DNA of 64,000 bases from Callorhinchus milii (Eukaryota): the NCBI RefSeq assembly GCF_018977255.1, contig NW_024704743.1:61010001-61074000 (forward strand), in the 5' to 3' direction. Positions 37,134-51,548 of this stretch are shown piece by piece. The notes beneath the pieces were generated by a model. The model had not been told where the DNA came from. It was given only the letters and a program-made list of their open reading frames with translations, and did not search any database. The position numbers were made by a program, and so were the translations under genes. How positions within the stretch are numbered: the stretch's first letter is position 1; each line of letters starts with the position of its first letter.

Positions 37134-38415
37134 CTAAAAGCAATAAAATATCATTAAGACCCTTTAAATAGGTTAAGACTTAAGAAAATGAAAGTTAAAC
37201 TGTATTTCTACCCAGACACGAATGTCAAGAAACACTTAAGTTTACTTTCAAAGCAAAGAACACGGAACAACTGAAATTGACTTCAATACATGTCATTAAA
37301 CATATCAAACTTGTTCCAATAAATGGTTACACAGGTTTCTGCTCTTACAAACTTCCTATAAAACACAAACATGCAAATTAAGAAACCAGGTAAAACCACC
37401 ATAAAATACAGCACTACAGTAAATAGCAATATGCCGAGTATATAACAGGACTCATAATACGATCATCTGTAAGGATGGATTTAAGATTTTAAGGACTATG
37501 TTAGGGCAACTAGCAACATATCTTGCAGGTTTCAGAAAACCATCAGACATTTCTGAAAAAACAATACATTGGTCTTTGAACAACTCATATCATTGAGAGT
37601 TAAGAACAGCTACAAGTTTATGCGGCAAAAAGCTAATTGAAAACTTCATGTACTGTTTAATTGTAAATTAAAGTAATGTTCAACTTAGGTTCAGACAATT
37701 AAAATATATCACTGAAATCACTGCAAGGATTCAGTTATTTACTGCAGTAATTTATTTTACTTTACCTGGGTGGTTTACTTCAATTTTCAGTCAGTTTGTA
37801 TTTTAGCCTGATGTTTTTTGAGGACCCTTAGACAAGAGATTTAATGACTGCAATTTTAATTTTGCAGTTTTATTAGGAGGTAATCTGCAATTTACAGGAA
37901 ACTCAATGTGCAGTACCTTTCTCTGTTACTATACTCTCTTTTCTCTGCCTCCTCTCCTGAAAGCAGTAACTTAAGATGAACATGTCTCCCTTATGATTCT
38001 TCATTTTTGAGCTCAGACATTGAGCGTCAACCAGTTTTTCAACTGTGTGTGCATCACAGCCAACCCTGATGTTGCCCATATCAGACATCTACACTGCTAC
38101 AACCAGCAGACTCATTGATCAAGGATCTTACCAGGATTTTCTTATCCGCACAGCTTAGGATCATCTGACATGGGGTACTTGTCTACTGAGTCAAAAAATG
38201 AGCTATTGGTAGCATAAATATTTTGAATACAGTTCATACCTTTCAGAATACACTACCATTTGAGTTTTTTTTATTGCCATTTGTGATCCGCAAAGGAAAT
38301 AACCACTGCCAAAGAAAAACTCATTGAAAGAACCACTTATTCCTGCAATGATATTATCTCCTTGAGAGTTAAAGTTTGCTCCAGAGGGTCGATAAACTTG
38401 ACAAATATTGCTTAC

Positions 38416-38506
38416 ATGTAACTGCAAAATACTGAAGTTGGACTTGACAGGGCAAAGTTCCCAGGTTTCATTTTCCAAAAACATTCGCAGTTCTTCAAGA
38501 CGTGTT
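38416..38506 (-). CDS. VPS50: VPS50 internal exon, 91 nt (TRLEELRMFLENETWELCPVKSNFSILQLH)
   Basis: tatatag acceptor, gtaagc donor, phase 2/0. Confidence 0.97.
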
Positions 38507-40596
38507 CTATATAAATGCATATACAGAGGGAATATAATATAATTAGATTGTTGACATTTACACATACAATAATCTTAACAAGATTGATATTAGCAAGTGC
38601 ATTAATTGTGTATTTTGTGGGCAATCCATGCTAATCTCTTGAATCAATCTATTGACAGCCCTATAGATAGATCATTTTGAGACCCATAGTCAACCTGTCA
38701 GCACATGTTAAAAGTACTCTTTTGGATGATGCAATTTCTGCATCAATTCCAGTAGTTCTCCTCTAAGATTCATACTATGAAACAACAAGCATTAGTGATA
38801 ATTCTGTATCAAGCATGATTCCAAGTCCTGACATGGGTCTTGAACCTTCAGAGGCAAGAGTGCTACCAACTGAGCTAGCTAACACATGCTGACCCAAAGA
38901 AAGCCCGTCCTTTCCTGGCTCTTGGTTCTTTGTCTGATTTGAATAGTTATAATGATGCTTATTAGTTTTGTATCTGATTAAACTTTTCCTTTTTTCTCTG
39001 TGTCTCTGCTCCATCCTTTAATTAAATGGATGGAGAAAATAACTGGGTGATGAGCACTTTATGGAACCAGATGGTGGAAGGTTGTTTCCCAATGGTATCC
39101 CAGGGTTCTGCTCCAATCATCAAATATCATGGTGCTACCCACAGTCAAAGTTCATACAATTAGAATAGGAAGGGGGGAAATGTCATTCAAGTTTTTATTT
39201 TAATGAAGGAAATCAATATGGTGAATGTATGAAGGAATTTGTGCAAGATTTTGATAGACTATCCAGAAATCATTATAAACTGGCATGGCTGTGACCTGAA
39301 TTTAGCATACTTGTATTCCTTGATTTATGGAATAGATTGCTACTCCAAGCTGAAAATGTTGACCGTCTCAACATTCATTGTGGAAATTGGAGGAATTTTC
39401 ATTCGGGTAATATGGGTGTGGAGTGGAATCCTTTCTTCAAGAATCTTTTTATGTGCTAGCAGACAAATCTATTTTTAAAAAAAGATTTAGCAAAACACAA
39501 GGAGAAACACTGAGACAGCAGTTTCTATTTTAAACATTTGTCCAGCCAGAAAATACACAAGTTATGGGTCTGTTTTTTATCCCTGGAATAAACTGTTTTG
39601 TCTATGTTTTAGGAATGAATGACTCAAATGCTATTTGTGGGACATTGCCGTGTGCAAACTGGCTCTCATGTTCGCTCACAAAACACACAGCCACTCCACT
39701 TTATGGTATATCTTGAGAAGCAGTTTGGGATGTCCTCCTGACATGAAAAGTGCTGTATCAAATGTGAAGATTATTATATTATAATGTTCACATATAAATA
39801 CAAGATGTGGGTCTTCCTGCATTGAAATGGACTATTGTTACAACATTCTCCCAAATAAGGGGTGCATACCATCATAGGAAATTTATTGTCCATCATGTGG
39901 ACATCTTCCTCACCCTTAATTTCTTGTGGACAAAATTGGCACATTATTACATGAGTGCCAGCTAGATAGAAATTGTGATGCAGTCAAATTGAAAGTTGTA
40001 TAAACCACACAAATCTGGTTCTCAGTTTGAATTTGTACCAGAATTCCACAATCAATTGACCCTGTAACAGTCTATTGTGAAAAGTAGTTTGATTCAATTT
40101 GAAGAAAACATGACGTTTTGATTAATATACAACCTAAGGAAAAATGGAAAACCTATTTAATTATTTAGAGAATGCATTAAAAGTATCACTGTGCATGCAA
40201 TATAATATATAAATGTAATTATAAAGAGATTAAACAGAATATAACATGGAAAAGATTATGTTTATGTGAATTTCAGCTTTTGAGTTTTCAATGGAACAAA
40301 CTTCAGCTAAACATTTCATTATCTTGGTGGGAAGTTGGTTCACAAAAATGAAAGAAATAACAGTTGAGCTTCCTGGACTCTTAGGAACTTAATTATGCAT
40401 TCCATGAAAATGAAGAATCCATTAAAACGAGTGATTAATTTACTTATCTTAATACATTTACTGATAACTCTTATGCATCCGTAACATTCCTAACTAACAT
40501 TAGCAATGTATTAGTTTATTTAGAAGGTGTAAATTAAGAAGGTTTGCCCATATTGTTCTGCAAAGTAAATTCTTATGCAGATGTAACAAACTTTAC

Positions 40597-40695
40597 CTGT
40601 GATAGTTTTTGAAATAATTCACACTTTGTTTCCGGATAGATTCCTGTAACACCTCTGATTTACTGCCGCAAAACTCTTCACCAACTTGCATCAGT
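40597..40695 (-). CDS. VPS50: VPS50 internal exon, 99 nt ([33 protein letters not shown])
   Basis: Translated by hand; gaccag acceptor, gtaaag donor, phase 2/2. Confidence 0.97.
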
Positions 40696-41677
40696 CTGGT
40701 CAATAAACAACAAATAATGATGACATTTTAAGACACACATTAAATCAAGTAACTACATCCAAATGAAACATAACTGAGCAATTTCCCTGACATCTTAGTG
40801 GCTAAATGATATTGTGATCTAACAATGAGGAGCAAAGTCTAAGAGGGGCTTTAGTTTGCCTCTTCCAGTTCCCTGGTCTCAACCACCCATTCTTGCAATC
40901 TATTTGGTGTGTTGTATCTGTCCTCAACTTGCACTTTACCAACTCCTGTCTTTACATATGTCAAACTATTTTTATGAGTTTCATTTCTCTATTCAATTAA
41001 ACAACCTGTATACAGAAAAACCTCACTATAAGCTGGATACAAGTCAGCAAGGTGTAAACAAATGTCTAACTGTGTATGTGCTTTAGAAGCAGGAAGTAAC
41101 TCAGCTATCACTTCTGTTACAAAGTGATGTCAGCGGCGATCTGTCAATTGGAAGATGGTCATTTATGTAGTACCAGAGCCAGGTACTTCCAGTTAAGAGT
41201 GGGTGGAGGTGGACGCAAGACAGCTATATTGAAGGACACTGTTTCTGACAACAATCCACTGAATATGGTTGGACAATGTTCCTGTGGATGTTAGGTGAGG
41301 TTAGAATCAAGCTTTGCTGTAATGGTGAATAGTAAGCTGTGTGATCTCACATCTGATCTCATATATGACGAACAGCTGCTTGGCAACTTAGCAGACAGCT
41401 AACACAGGACAAGGGGAAGGGTAAGAAATGTACAAAACAAAAGTAATCACATCTGAACTTAGAGCACAATTTGCTTCTGAATAAACTTTTAAAGTTAATT
41501 CAAATGCAGATGAAACGAATCAAAAGATATTTGATTTAATTAATGAGCACTCATTGAAGATGCCAGATAGTATAATATAAATGTTTAAAAAATATACATT
41601 GAATCTTAAACACACTTAGGATCTGGTTAAGTTGTGATTCCCAAAGGTAATGAGTTGTATGAATACAGTTACAATAC

Positions 41678-41772
41678 CTGCTGATAATGTCCAGTACAAA
41701 AATAAAATCATCATATTTGAAGTTTGATAAATCTGTTCCAAGCAAATACGTTTTTGCTTTTAACTGGACATC
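41678..41772 (-). CDS. VPS50: VPS50 internal exon, 95 nt ([32 protein letters not shown])
   Basis: ctttacag acceptor, gtattg donor, phase 0/2. Confidence 0.97.
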
Positions 41773-43564
41773 CTGTAAAGCAAATGATTACAATCTTAGT
41801 TACATAAAACATCGTCTCCAGTGGGATCTAATTTCCGGTTGTGCTAATCATGTGCAAACACAAATATAAATTTCCTCATCTATATGCTTCCTCTTAGCAA
41901 CGTCATCAATTGACACAGAGTTAATTTCCCCATGTATGTGGATGACATTCAAATCTACTTCACTTCTAATAATAATAATCCTTGCATTTGATATAGCACC
42001 TCATCACGTCTTTAAGACGTCTCAAAGTGCTTCACAGAATATACTGTAAAGTGAATTCCATTATTTAAGATTGAGGCAAGAACCTGTTAACTATAAATGT
42101 GTTAGGCTAACATCAGTGGTAGAGAAAATGCTATTTTTTATCAAATGTTACCAATACTCAATTAAAGATATGGAGCTATAGGACAGTATGAATTTACAAC
42201 AGGCAGAGATTCACAATCTATTGGAATTCTTGTTTGTTAAAAGTTAAATCAGTGGATATCATCTACTAAGATTTTCTAGAAAATATTTTTGTAATAATAA
42301 ACTTCAGGTCACCACCCTTTACTGCTCCTATATGATATTTCCATTTTCTGCACCAACCATCCTTGTAATGAAATTGTCAATTTGGTGACTATTAATGTCA
42401 ATTTTTGTTCAGCGGGTGAGCAATCACCAGGAACTAGGCTGAGAATGTCCAAAATGCATTTCATGGACAAGATCCCAAGTCAATGAAGAGAAAACTTTTA
42501 TCCCATCAGTGTAAGCTAGCCTCACACCAAGGTTGAATTTGTAACTGCATACAAAGGAACTGCTATTCATGACACTAATGAAGAAATTGTTGCATAACTC
42601 CAACATTCTATGAATCTAGTCAGTAATTTACTCGGAAACAATAGTTAAAATATATTTGAACAAAGCATTTTATTTTAAGTTTTCAAATGGTGTTGTAGAA
42701 CAACATTTATAATAATGATCTAATGTCCCAAAAGAAATTTGAATGTTAAAAAGCCGTTTTAAATTATAATGTAAGATATTAAGCTTATCGGAAGGTCTTA
42801 CTGCTGTGAAAAGGTACTTTTCGTGAGGCAGATTTTGGTGGCTACAGCGCTCCACATAATGTGTCATGATGGTAACACAGGGATGAATGATTTTGATGAA
42901 CCCAGCAGTTATAACAGCAAATAACTTTCTGTACATCACAGAGCATTGAAGTTGAAAATACAAGGCGTTTAAAATTTACCATTTGTATTTGAAACTAACC
43001 ATTCACTTACAAATGTAACAAACATACAAGAAATCATGAAATTGTTCATGGGCAACTTAGATAAAGTAAACGCAGCTCAACTGCACTCAAGACAGTTATG
43101 TAATAAAAGCAAACCATTATCAAATGGAGACTTGTTCCCTTCAGTAATCCTCACTTTGCAATGACTATAATTATTCAGCAGAAGTATTAAAATCAAGCTT
43201 GAAGGGATCACTTTAATCAGGTGTAATACAGGATTATGGAATGATGTCAGAGTACAGAGCTCCATAAAAGGTCAGACCAAGCAAAACAAATTACATATCT
43301 GCTTATTAGGCAGATTTATTTGCCTTCTACACAAACCTTCATTCAGGGGTTATGTGTTAACCAGAGAATGTTACACAGAAATTCATATTTTTAAAAATCA
43401 CTAAATGTATGCGCAATTTGGTTTGCATTAGAAGCTGCAGTAAACAATAATTAAGGGCTTCTGTAGTCTGAACAGCATTCCCCTTCCCTCAATGAGTTGA
43501 AGAATAAACTACCTGTGGACTAGAAGTTTTTTTTAAATATAATTTACTAAAATGAAGTACAAAC

Positions 43565-43656
43565 CTGCCAGATGCGTGAAAGGCCATGATCTAATTTCTT
43601 TTTCACGTAGCTTCGATTAAAGTTTGAATCATCTGTGGCAATCTCATTGCGGCCAT
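43565..43656 (-). CDS. VPS50: VPS50 internal exon, 92 nt ([31 protein letters not shown])
   Basis: Translated by hand; gtttcag acceptor, gtttgt donor, phase 1/0. Confidence 0.95.
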
Positions 43657-44099
43657 CTGAAACAAACCATTAAGCCCCTGTGAAATTGCAGTTTCTTCAT
43701 GTGCCACATTTGTTAAGTAGAACCTAATTTTTTCATCTGTTTTGACTCAGCTGCTGCAGCCACATAGCTGCTCGCTCAGCCCATCACAGATTTTCTCGGC
43801 ACTATGTTAATGCTTTGTGAATTTTAAGAGAAAAAAAACTAATTTCATGTATGCAATTCTCACCATGTTGTGAAGGCAGCAATTACTTTAGTACCATACA
43901 AGAAAAAAGCATTTACCTCTGGCTAAATGTGTACTGGCGGGGAAACCACTGAAAACAAGATAACACTGGCTCTGTGATTCATACAAGTCAGAAAACTGCC
44001 ATCTGCATTGAAACAGATGCTTCCGAACAGCAAAGCTTGTTGAGTTATTTCAGCAAAACGATGTGTGTACTGGACAGACAAAATGGCTCAATAAGGACA

Positions 44100-45370
44100 T
44101 TGGGTTTCCGTGCTGCCCATAGCACAGAAACAGCTGTGGTCCAAGTGACAAATTACATTTTGTCCATCTGCGACCAGGGCTCCCTCTGCCTCCTCATCCT
44201 CCTTGACCTCTCTGCTGCTTTCGATACAGTTGACCACTCTATCCTCCTCCACTGCCTCTCCTCTCACCTCAACCTTCACGGTTCTGTCCTTGAATGGTTC
44301 AGATCATACCTCTCACACAGCCTCCACTTCATCTCACAAACGGTTTCTCAACAACAACAACAAGATTGCATTTATAGAGCGCCTTTCAAGTCGGAAGAAC
44401 GTCCCAAGGCCCTGGACAGTTGGGTCAGGACCCGAGCAGGGGGGAAATGGTCAGGGGGAGGGAAGGGAGGGAGCGAGGAGGGGGCAGAGTCAAGAGGGGA
44501 GCTGAAGGCACGGATGAAGAGAAAGATCTTGAGACCAGCCTTGAAGGAGGAAAGGGAGGAGGCGGCGAAGACACTGGGGAATGGAGTTCCAGAGCCTAGG
44601 GGCTGAGAGGCTGAAGGCGGTTAGGGTGGGGGATGTGGGGCAGACCGGAGCCAGAGGAACGGAGGGTACGGGCAGGTACGTGGGGGGATAGTAGGTTCTC
44701 CTCTAGCCCCCGCACCGTCTTGTGCAGTGTTCCTCAGGGCTCTGCCCATGGTCCCCTCCTGCTTCCTCTTGGTGGCATCATCCGCAGACATGGGAGTCAA
44801 CTTCCACATATATGCGGATGTCACCCAACTCTACCTCTCTGCCTCCACCCATGACTCCAGGACCACTGCTGTCCTGACAGAATGTCTGTCGGAAATCGAG
44901 TCCTGGATAAGAGCTAACTTTCTACAGTTGAACGTCAACAAAACTGAGGCTCTCCTGATTGGCTCCCGCCAGCGCCTCCACACCTCAGGTACTGGCAGCA
45001 TCACCATCCAAGGCTGTACACTCCACCTTGCTAAGCCAGTCCAGAACCTTGGGGTCTTGTTTGGCCCACAACTATTCACGTTCCCCACCTTGCCCGCCCC
45101 ACGTTTGGCGGGCCGGCCTTCAGCCACTCTGCCCCCACACTCTGGAACTCCATCCAGCAGTCCCTCCGCTTCTCCCCTCCCTCGCCTGCTTTAAGACCCA
45201 TCCGAAGACCCTCCTCTTCGACTGTGCCTTCGATCACCCTCCTTCCACCCATGCCTTCACCCTCCACCCTCCCGACTCCCAGCTCAGTCCAAAACATCTA
45301 TTGTCCAGCGCCTTGGGACGTCCTCCTGATTTGAAAGGTGCTATACAAATGCAATTTTGTTGTTCTTGTT
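44100..45370 (+). mobile_element. L2 LINE RT-to-3' portion, internally deleted and interrupted by another L2
   Basis: [11 protein letters not shown]...[33 protein letters not shown] (YADD mutated); (ttg)n tail at ~45357-45370. Confidence 0.92.
44350..44695 (-). mobile_element. Young L2 3' fragment nested antisense in the host L2, flanked by TTCTC
   Basis: ttctc at 44345-44349 and 44696-44700; same subfamily as 57593-58299. Confidence 0.88.
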
Positions 45371-45499
45371 GTGTACTTTAGGTTCAGTTGCACGAATGGT
45401 AAGAAAATGTGACATATTACCCCAGATCTAAGGTAAGTGCATTCAAAAAAAAATGAAGCTACATTTTATAAATTTTGTGAATTTTTTACTTGACAGGAA

Positions 45500-45826
45500 A
45501 ATAATAATAATAATAATAATCCTTGCATTTGATATAGCGCTTTTCACGTCAGGACGACGTCCCAAAGCGCTTCACAGAACACACTGTAAAGTGAATTGAC
45601 TGTATATTTGTGGGCGAACGCGGCAGCCAATTGCGCACAGCAATGTCCCACAAACAGTCGTGGATTGAAAATGACCAATTTATTATTATTTTTGGTTTTG
45701 GAGGGATTATTATTAGGCTCTGTGTGGAGTAAGGAAACTTGCCCAAGGTTTCGCCCTCTGCCTGGAATTGAACTCAGGTCTCTCGCTTGCAAAGCGAGTG
45801 CTCTAACCACTGAGCTACAGGACTCC
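45500..45826 (-). mobile_element. Young full-length tRNA-derived Deu-domain SINE
   Basis: Near-identical reverse complement of 30319-30637. Confidence 0.93.
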
Positions 45827-46860
45827 ACAAATATAGTAATCACTTGCACCAACACGGACCCACAACATATAGTCAATAAACAGTAATATAATTAAAGTAG
45901 TAATCTATTAAAAAATAGCAAGTCGAGCTATTTCACCCACAAAACGCACAATCACTCCGCTTTACAGTATATCAGCACTGCATATCAGATCAAGCACTTT
46001 GACACGTCCTTCCAATGTGAAAGGTGCTATACCAAATATAACGATTATTATTTATGCACCTATCCTATTAGCAATTACTTTTTGGGAGTGCAATAGTAAG
46101 TTTATAATACGAGACTATAATATTGAGTCTTAATATGAGGCTTGACTGAACACCTCTCTCTCACCCACCAACTAACTCATTCACATAAAATGTTTGTTTC
46201 AGGCACCTATAAGTGGCCTCAGGTGTGCCCAGACTTGAGGTATGTGGGTTACTACTTTTTTCTTCGTCAGCTGGGTGTCAGACACCTGTAGAAACCCATC
46301 AACCATGCTTAAGAATATCCAAACCAAACAGAGTTCCATACATCCCACTTCACATGGAAATTCCTGAGATATTTATTGGAATGAATTGTGAACTCTCTCC
46401 CTGGAGGTTAGCATTCTGTTTACTTAATTCCGGAGAATATTATAGTAATAACAATCCTTACATTTACTCTAGCACCTTACCATGTTGAGACGACTCAAAG
46501 CGTTTCACAGGATATGTCGCAAAGTGGATTCACTGTGTATTTTGTGGGTGAAATGCAACAGCCTACAGGCTATCAAGAGTAAAGGCTTTGGGACCCCAAG
46601 GTATGCAATGCAGCATTGCTGGAGTTTAACCAGCTAAAAACGATAGCTTCCATTGAAAGCACTGTTTTCCAAACACTTTTTTTTCACTGTTTTGAAAGCA
46701 AGCTTTCCGCTGCTTTTCCATCTAGGATGACCCTACACTTTAAGGCTTTAGTCAGTAGTTGGACACCGTTATAGAAAATGAAGCCAGGTGATGACAGATC
46801 AAGTTCCATTTGCTCTGTGGTTGAATAATCCACCAAAATTCATTATCTATCTTACACATC

Positions 46861-47159
46861 AATAATAATAATAATGCTTGCATTTGATATAGCGATTTTC
46901 ACGTCTTCTAAACATCTCAAAACGCTTCACAGAATACACTGTAAAGTGAATTGACTGTATATTTGTGGGCGAAATACGGCAGCCTATTGCACACAGCAGC
47001 ATCCCACAAACAGTCGTGGATTGAGTTACCAAATTATTTTTTTTTCTTTTTGATTATTATCAGGCGTGTGGAGTAAGGAAAGTTTTCACCCTGCCAGGAA
47101 TCAAACCCAGATCTCTCGCTTGCGAGGCGAGTGCTCTAACCACTGAGCTACAGGACTCC
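46861..47159 (-). mobile_element. Full-length SINE with internal deletions
   Basis: Head ggagtcctgtagctcagtggttagagc, core and tail. Confidence 0.88.
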
Positions 47160-47664
47160 CCACCGCTGACAGAAGATTTATTTTGGGGTGGGGCGGGGGG
47201 GGGTGAGGGTAAAGAAATAGTTCCTAAATGGGTCACATAATCTGATACTTTGTAAACCATATAGGACACATTTTGGCAAGGATTTGTGTTCATATTTAGC
47301 AATATTGATGAGTTAGACTCAAGCAAATACTTCAAAAAGCACAACAGCCAACTACATGGGGTTCAAGGCGGCATGGAAATGATCAAGTGAATTGCATTTA
47401 ATGAATTCTTAGCTAGGTCGGAAAAATGAGGCAAAATACCATTAATCTTCTCTCAGGAAAGCAGAAATGTAGAACAGCTTTCAAGAACTGACACAGGAAA
47501 ATAGGAATGATCAATGGTTTGAGAGAAATGTTATCCTCCAGGAATTAGGTTTAGAATCAATGTCTTTATCAATGGCTTTGTGTGAATAATTTTCAGTTAG
47601 TGGTTCTACAAGAGATTAACTTAAAACCTTCCATCACCACACTAAGCATTGCTTTTCCTTTATA

Positions 47665-48050
47665 GTCCTTGCATTTGATGTAGCGCCTTATCACATTATC
47701 AAAACATCTCAAAAAGCTTTGCAGGATTTACTGTAAAGTATGGTGGCTTGACAACTAATTTGCACACAATGTCCCACCGACACAAAATAGATGACCAATT
47801 TCGTCTGTAGAATTGCAGGCCTTGACATTGTGAGAAATTCCCTTCTCTTTCAGAACCGTATTATGAGATCTTTAACATCCACCTGAACCAGCAGATCGGC
47901 CCTCAGTTAAACGTGTTATTCAAAGGACTGCACCTCCCACACTCCTCCAGCATGAATTGTCATCTTAGATAATGATCTTAAAGTCCCAATTTAGGTTTGA
48001 AACTACAACCTTGACTCAGAGGTGAGAGTGGTACCAAATGAACCATCCTG
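47665..48050 (-). mobile_element. Older, diverged DeuSINE
   Basis: gatctttaacatccacctgaac...gactcagaggtgagagtggtacc; reverse homologue of 2878-3260. Confidence 0.65.
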
Positions 48051-51000
48051 ACACTTTACCATGCACATCGATTACAGTAAGAATGCTGCCAATATCCCAC
48101 ATTGGCAACCATGCACAGAAGAAAATTAAATTACTTGTCATCTGGTCAATAGGAAAATATTCTGCCTCGTGCACAGAGAGCCCAAGAAGATCCCAGTTTC
48201 AATCCTTCATCTATGTGGGGTTACCGATCTCCACCAGTGGCAGTAGCAGGCCAACAACTGCTCTCAAACATCAGTGTTAGGCATGGGGTGGGGAAAGGAA
48301 TAAAGAAAGCGTCCTAACTCTTTACTGCTATTCAGGGATCCCTGTCTTACAACCCAAAAAATGCAGGTGGTTCAGCACCAGACTCATGACTAAACGGATC
48401 AGGATTCAAATACTGGTGGGTCCACTTAGGCCTTCACAACTTCAAGATTGAGAAAGAGAAATAAATTAGAGGAGAAACAGCGAGAGTGAAAGAGCGCATC
48501 AGATTTGGAAACTCAGCTATATTAAGAGAGCAGAGAATTAGCAATCCAAAAATCGACACTGCCAGGGCTTGTCAAATTTCTGCTTACATCTCTATTTGGT
48601 TTAAACTGTTAAATACATGAATTCCTCTAGTTCCGAGCCCTTTGAAATCAACTTCCATTGCTACATTTTAAAAAAGACAGAAAAAAAGCCTGCTGTGAGC
48701 TTCAATTAATTGAATGGGCTTCAGCCATCCTGAATTTTTATTTTGCTTGTATAATCAATGTACTTCAACTGCTGTATCTACTAATCTTAACATCTGTCAT
48801 ACCTCAAGATGGTATCTAGGATGGATCTCCACCTTCAGCATTGTTTTTGTTTGCACACATTTTATTTCAAAGGTAAATTCTCAGGCAGGGGTTCTTCCAC
48901 GAGCACTTATAGCATTTCATTAATTAACATTAAATGCTGGGCTTTGAATTGCACAAGCAAGCAAGGCTTTGTGCTTAAATAACTGGAAAGTTGAGGAGGT
49001 AATCTAAGATCTAAGAAAGATCCCAGTATTATATGTAACGTGGTTTTGCAAAGAGATCAAGCTTGCGTTCAACAGCAATAAAGCCCCATCTTCCATCAAT
49101 GCTTTAAAAGTTCTGAGTTTAAACAACCGATGGTGCTAAATCTACATATTCACCAACTTCAGAATTTTCTTTCCCTTCCTCTCCTCTCCTATTTGTGTGG
49201 TTACGCAGAATTAAAAACAGATTGTAAAAAGTTTTAAGAGTGAAGTATAAAAGCATATGGCTTTTGGATAATTGACAAAGGGATGTTATGCCTGAATCTC
49301 AACAAGGATTCCATCATTTGCCTGGGAGTTTATTTTAGAAACAAGTCTGAGCACAGTCAGAGGTCAGCAACTCCTGTCAACATGATGAAGCTGTCATCTC
49401 CCCTGTAACCTTGTCTGGTTGCCACCTGGCTTTAACTCATGAGGAAAAGTTATGCTCAGTTTAATGGTGAAACATTATGCGCAAAATATTTGTCGAGGAC
49501 CTTTTTAAATACTAACTAGTTCCAATTTTCAATTTTCCCTGTAAAATCTCCATTCCAGGATACACACTTAAAGGAAACATATTTGATACATGTATGACAG
49601 AAGACAAGACTCGGGAATACAAATTATGCTTAAGATGAGAAAGTATTTTAATTGTTTTCAAAATGTCAGTTGTTGAAAGCGTCGTAAGAAAGAGTTGCTG
49701 TAATTTGGTACAATCTCCATTATATTCAATTATTTTGTTAAGGTTGACGGATACATTTTTTTCCTACTGATATTACTGACTTCCTTATAGATTATTTATT
49801 TTCTGGAAAGGTAAATTTGTAGCTTTGCAATGCTGGTTCAATAACAACCCAGAGAAGCATCTTTCTTTGCTGAATATGTTCATTTGGCAAAGTCCACACA
49901 AGGATTTATACCCTGCATCCAAAGTAAACTCATACATTCTGAACTGCTGTGATCAATAACACGGATTGTAATCTTACCAAGGTTGCACTGGGATGTATTT
50001 TGGAACATAAATCTTCTCTGCCATACCGAGACTACAACAAGAATCGTCTTTACAGTCTGCCTTCCTCCCACAAGGCACAAATAAAAGCCAACTGCTATTT
50101 AAATATTGGTACTATTTTACCACATTCAAGTCACGAAGCATCTTCTGCAGAAAGTGAAAAGAAATGAAAACTATTCAATAAGAAACAGAACCATGGTAGA
50201 CAATTGTAAAGCATGAATTCTATACTTCTAAAAAAAAACAGGATTATTGGGACATGGAACGCCCAACCAGAAATGGTAAAGTGGAATCTGTAAAAAGACA
50301 GATATCTGAAAAGTAAAAAATATAAAATGATATGGGGAAAAGACAAGGGAATGGGACTAAAGATAGTTCTTCTAGTGAGCCGGTGCAGGTATTTAGATCT
50401 GGTATAACTTCAGATTTTTATTGCAGTTTTTTCCAGCAACAAACCTGTTCCTTATGCAGATTTTGCCGTTATTCCCCATACTCTGAAATGTTGTTACGTT
50501 CTCACACTTTGACAATGCAGACCGCACATGACCCTAGGCTAAAAATAAACTTAATTCCTACTGGAAGGATTCCTACAATGCATGTAATATACTACCAAAT
50601 TGTAAGGCTGATGAGAATTATGATACAAATCAAGCTTGTCTGGGTTTGACAAAATTAGTAAATCACAAGATCGGTTTGGATAAAGAAGGCTCTTTGGCCC
50701 ATCCAACCTAATCCTTCCAGATCACTTATGCTACCATCCCCCTTACCTCCATCAAGCTGTGTTTTAAGTGTCCAGTATCCAGCTCGGTGTCAAAACCCCT
50801 TTAAGTGCTCCAAGCCGCTACCAGTGTGAAGGGTGCTACACAAAGGCAAATTGTTGTATGATGTCTGGGGACCTAAACTCAACTAATTTAGCAATATAGC
50901 CCAGCATCCTGTTTGCCTTGTTAATTGCTGCCTAACACTATTTTGACATGATGGGCGACGAGTCAACTAACACCCCTAAATCTCTTAATGTTAATTAGCA

Positions 51001-51339
51001 ATATCTCAGATTTCACAACGTTCTCCATTCCGATTCAAATAGATTTTCATTGATAAAAATGTTTTTTTTATCAACACATTTGAGAAAAAAATTACATGAA
51101 AAATAAATTATTACATGTTGGAAATGGCATGCAGTGAGATCAAAGTTAAGCATAGAATAAATAATAATAACCTTGCATTTAGTATTGCAACTTTCATGTC
51201 TGGAGAACATTCAGAAGCACTTTACTGGATATACTGCAAAGTATATGATGGCATTCTGCAGAGTATGGCTGTGGGTTACGAGCGAATGCCCACAAGGGTG
51301 AGTAAAGGTGAGGAGGATATAAACATGCGTTTGTGGGAG

Positions 51340-51548
51340 GAGAAGGGAGGGGAGGGGAAGGGGGGTGGCCGGTGGCATGGTCGAAGAGGACGGACTTGAA
51401 GGAGGCTAAGGAGGGGGTGTGGCGGAGTGATTGGGGAATGGAATTCCAGAGGTTGGTGGCAGAGTGGCTGAAGGCTCTCCTGCCAATGGTGGGGCGGGTG
51501 GGTCGGGGGACGTGGAGCAGGCCGGAGCCGGCTGAGCGGAGGGAGCAA
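51340..51548 (-). mobile_element. L2 LINE 3' fragment
   Basis: Matches ~20915-21115 closely. Confidence 0.85.
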
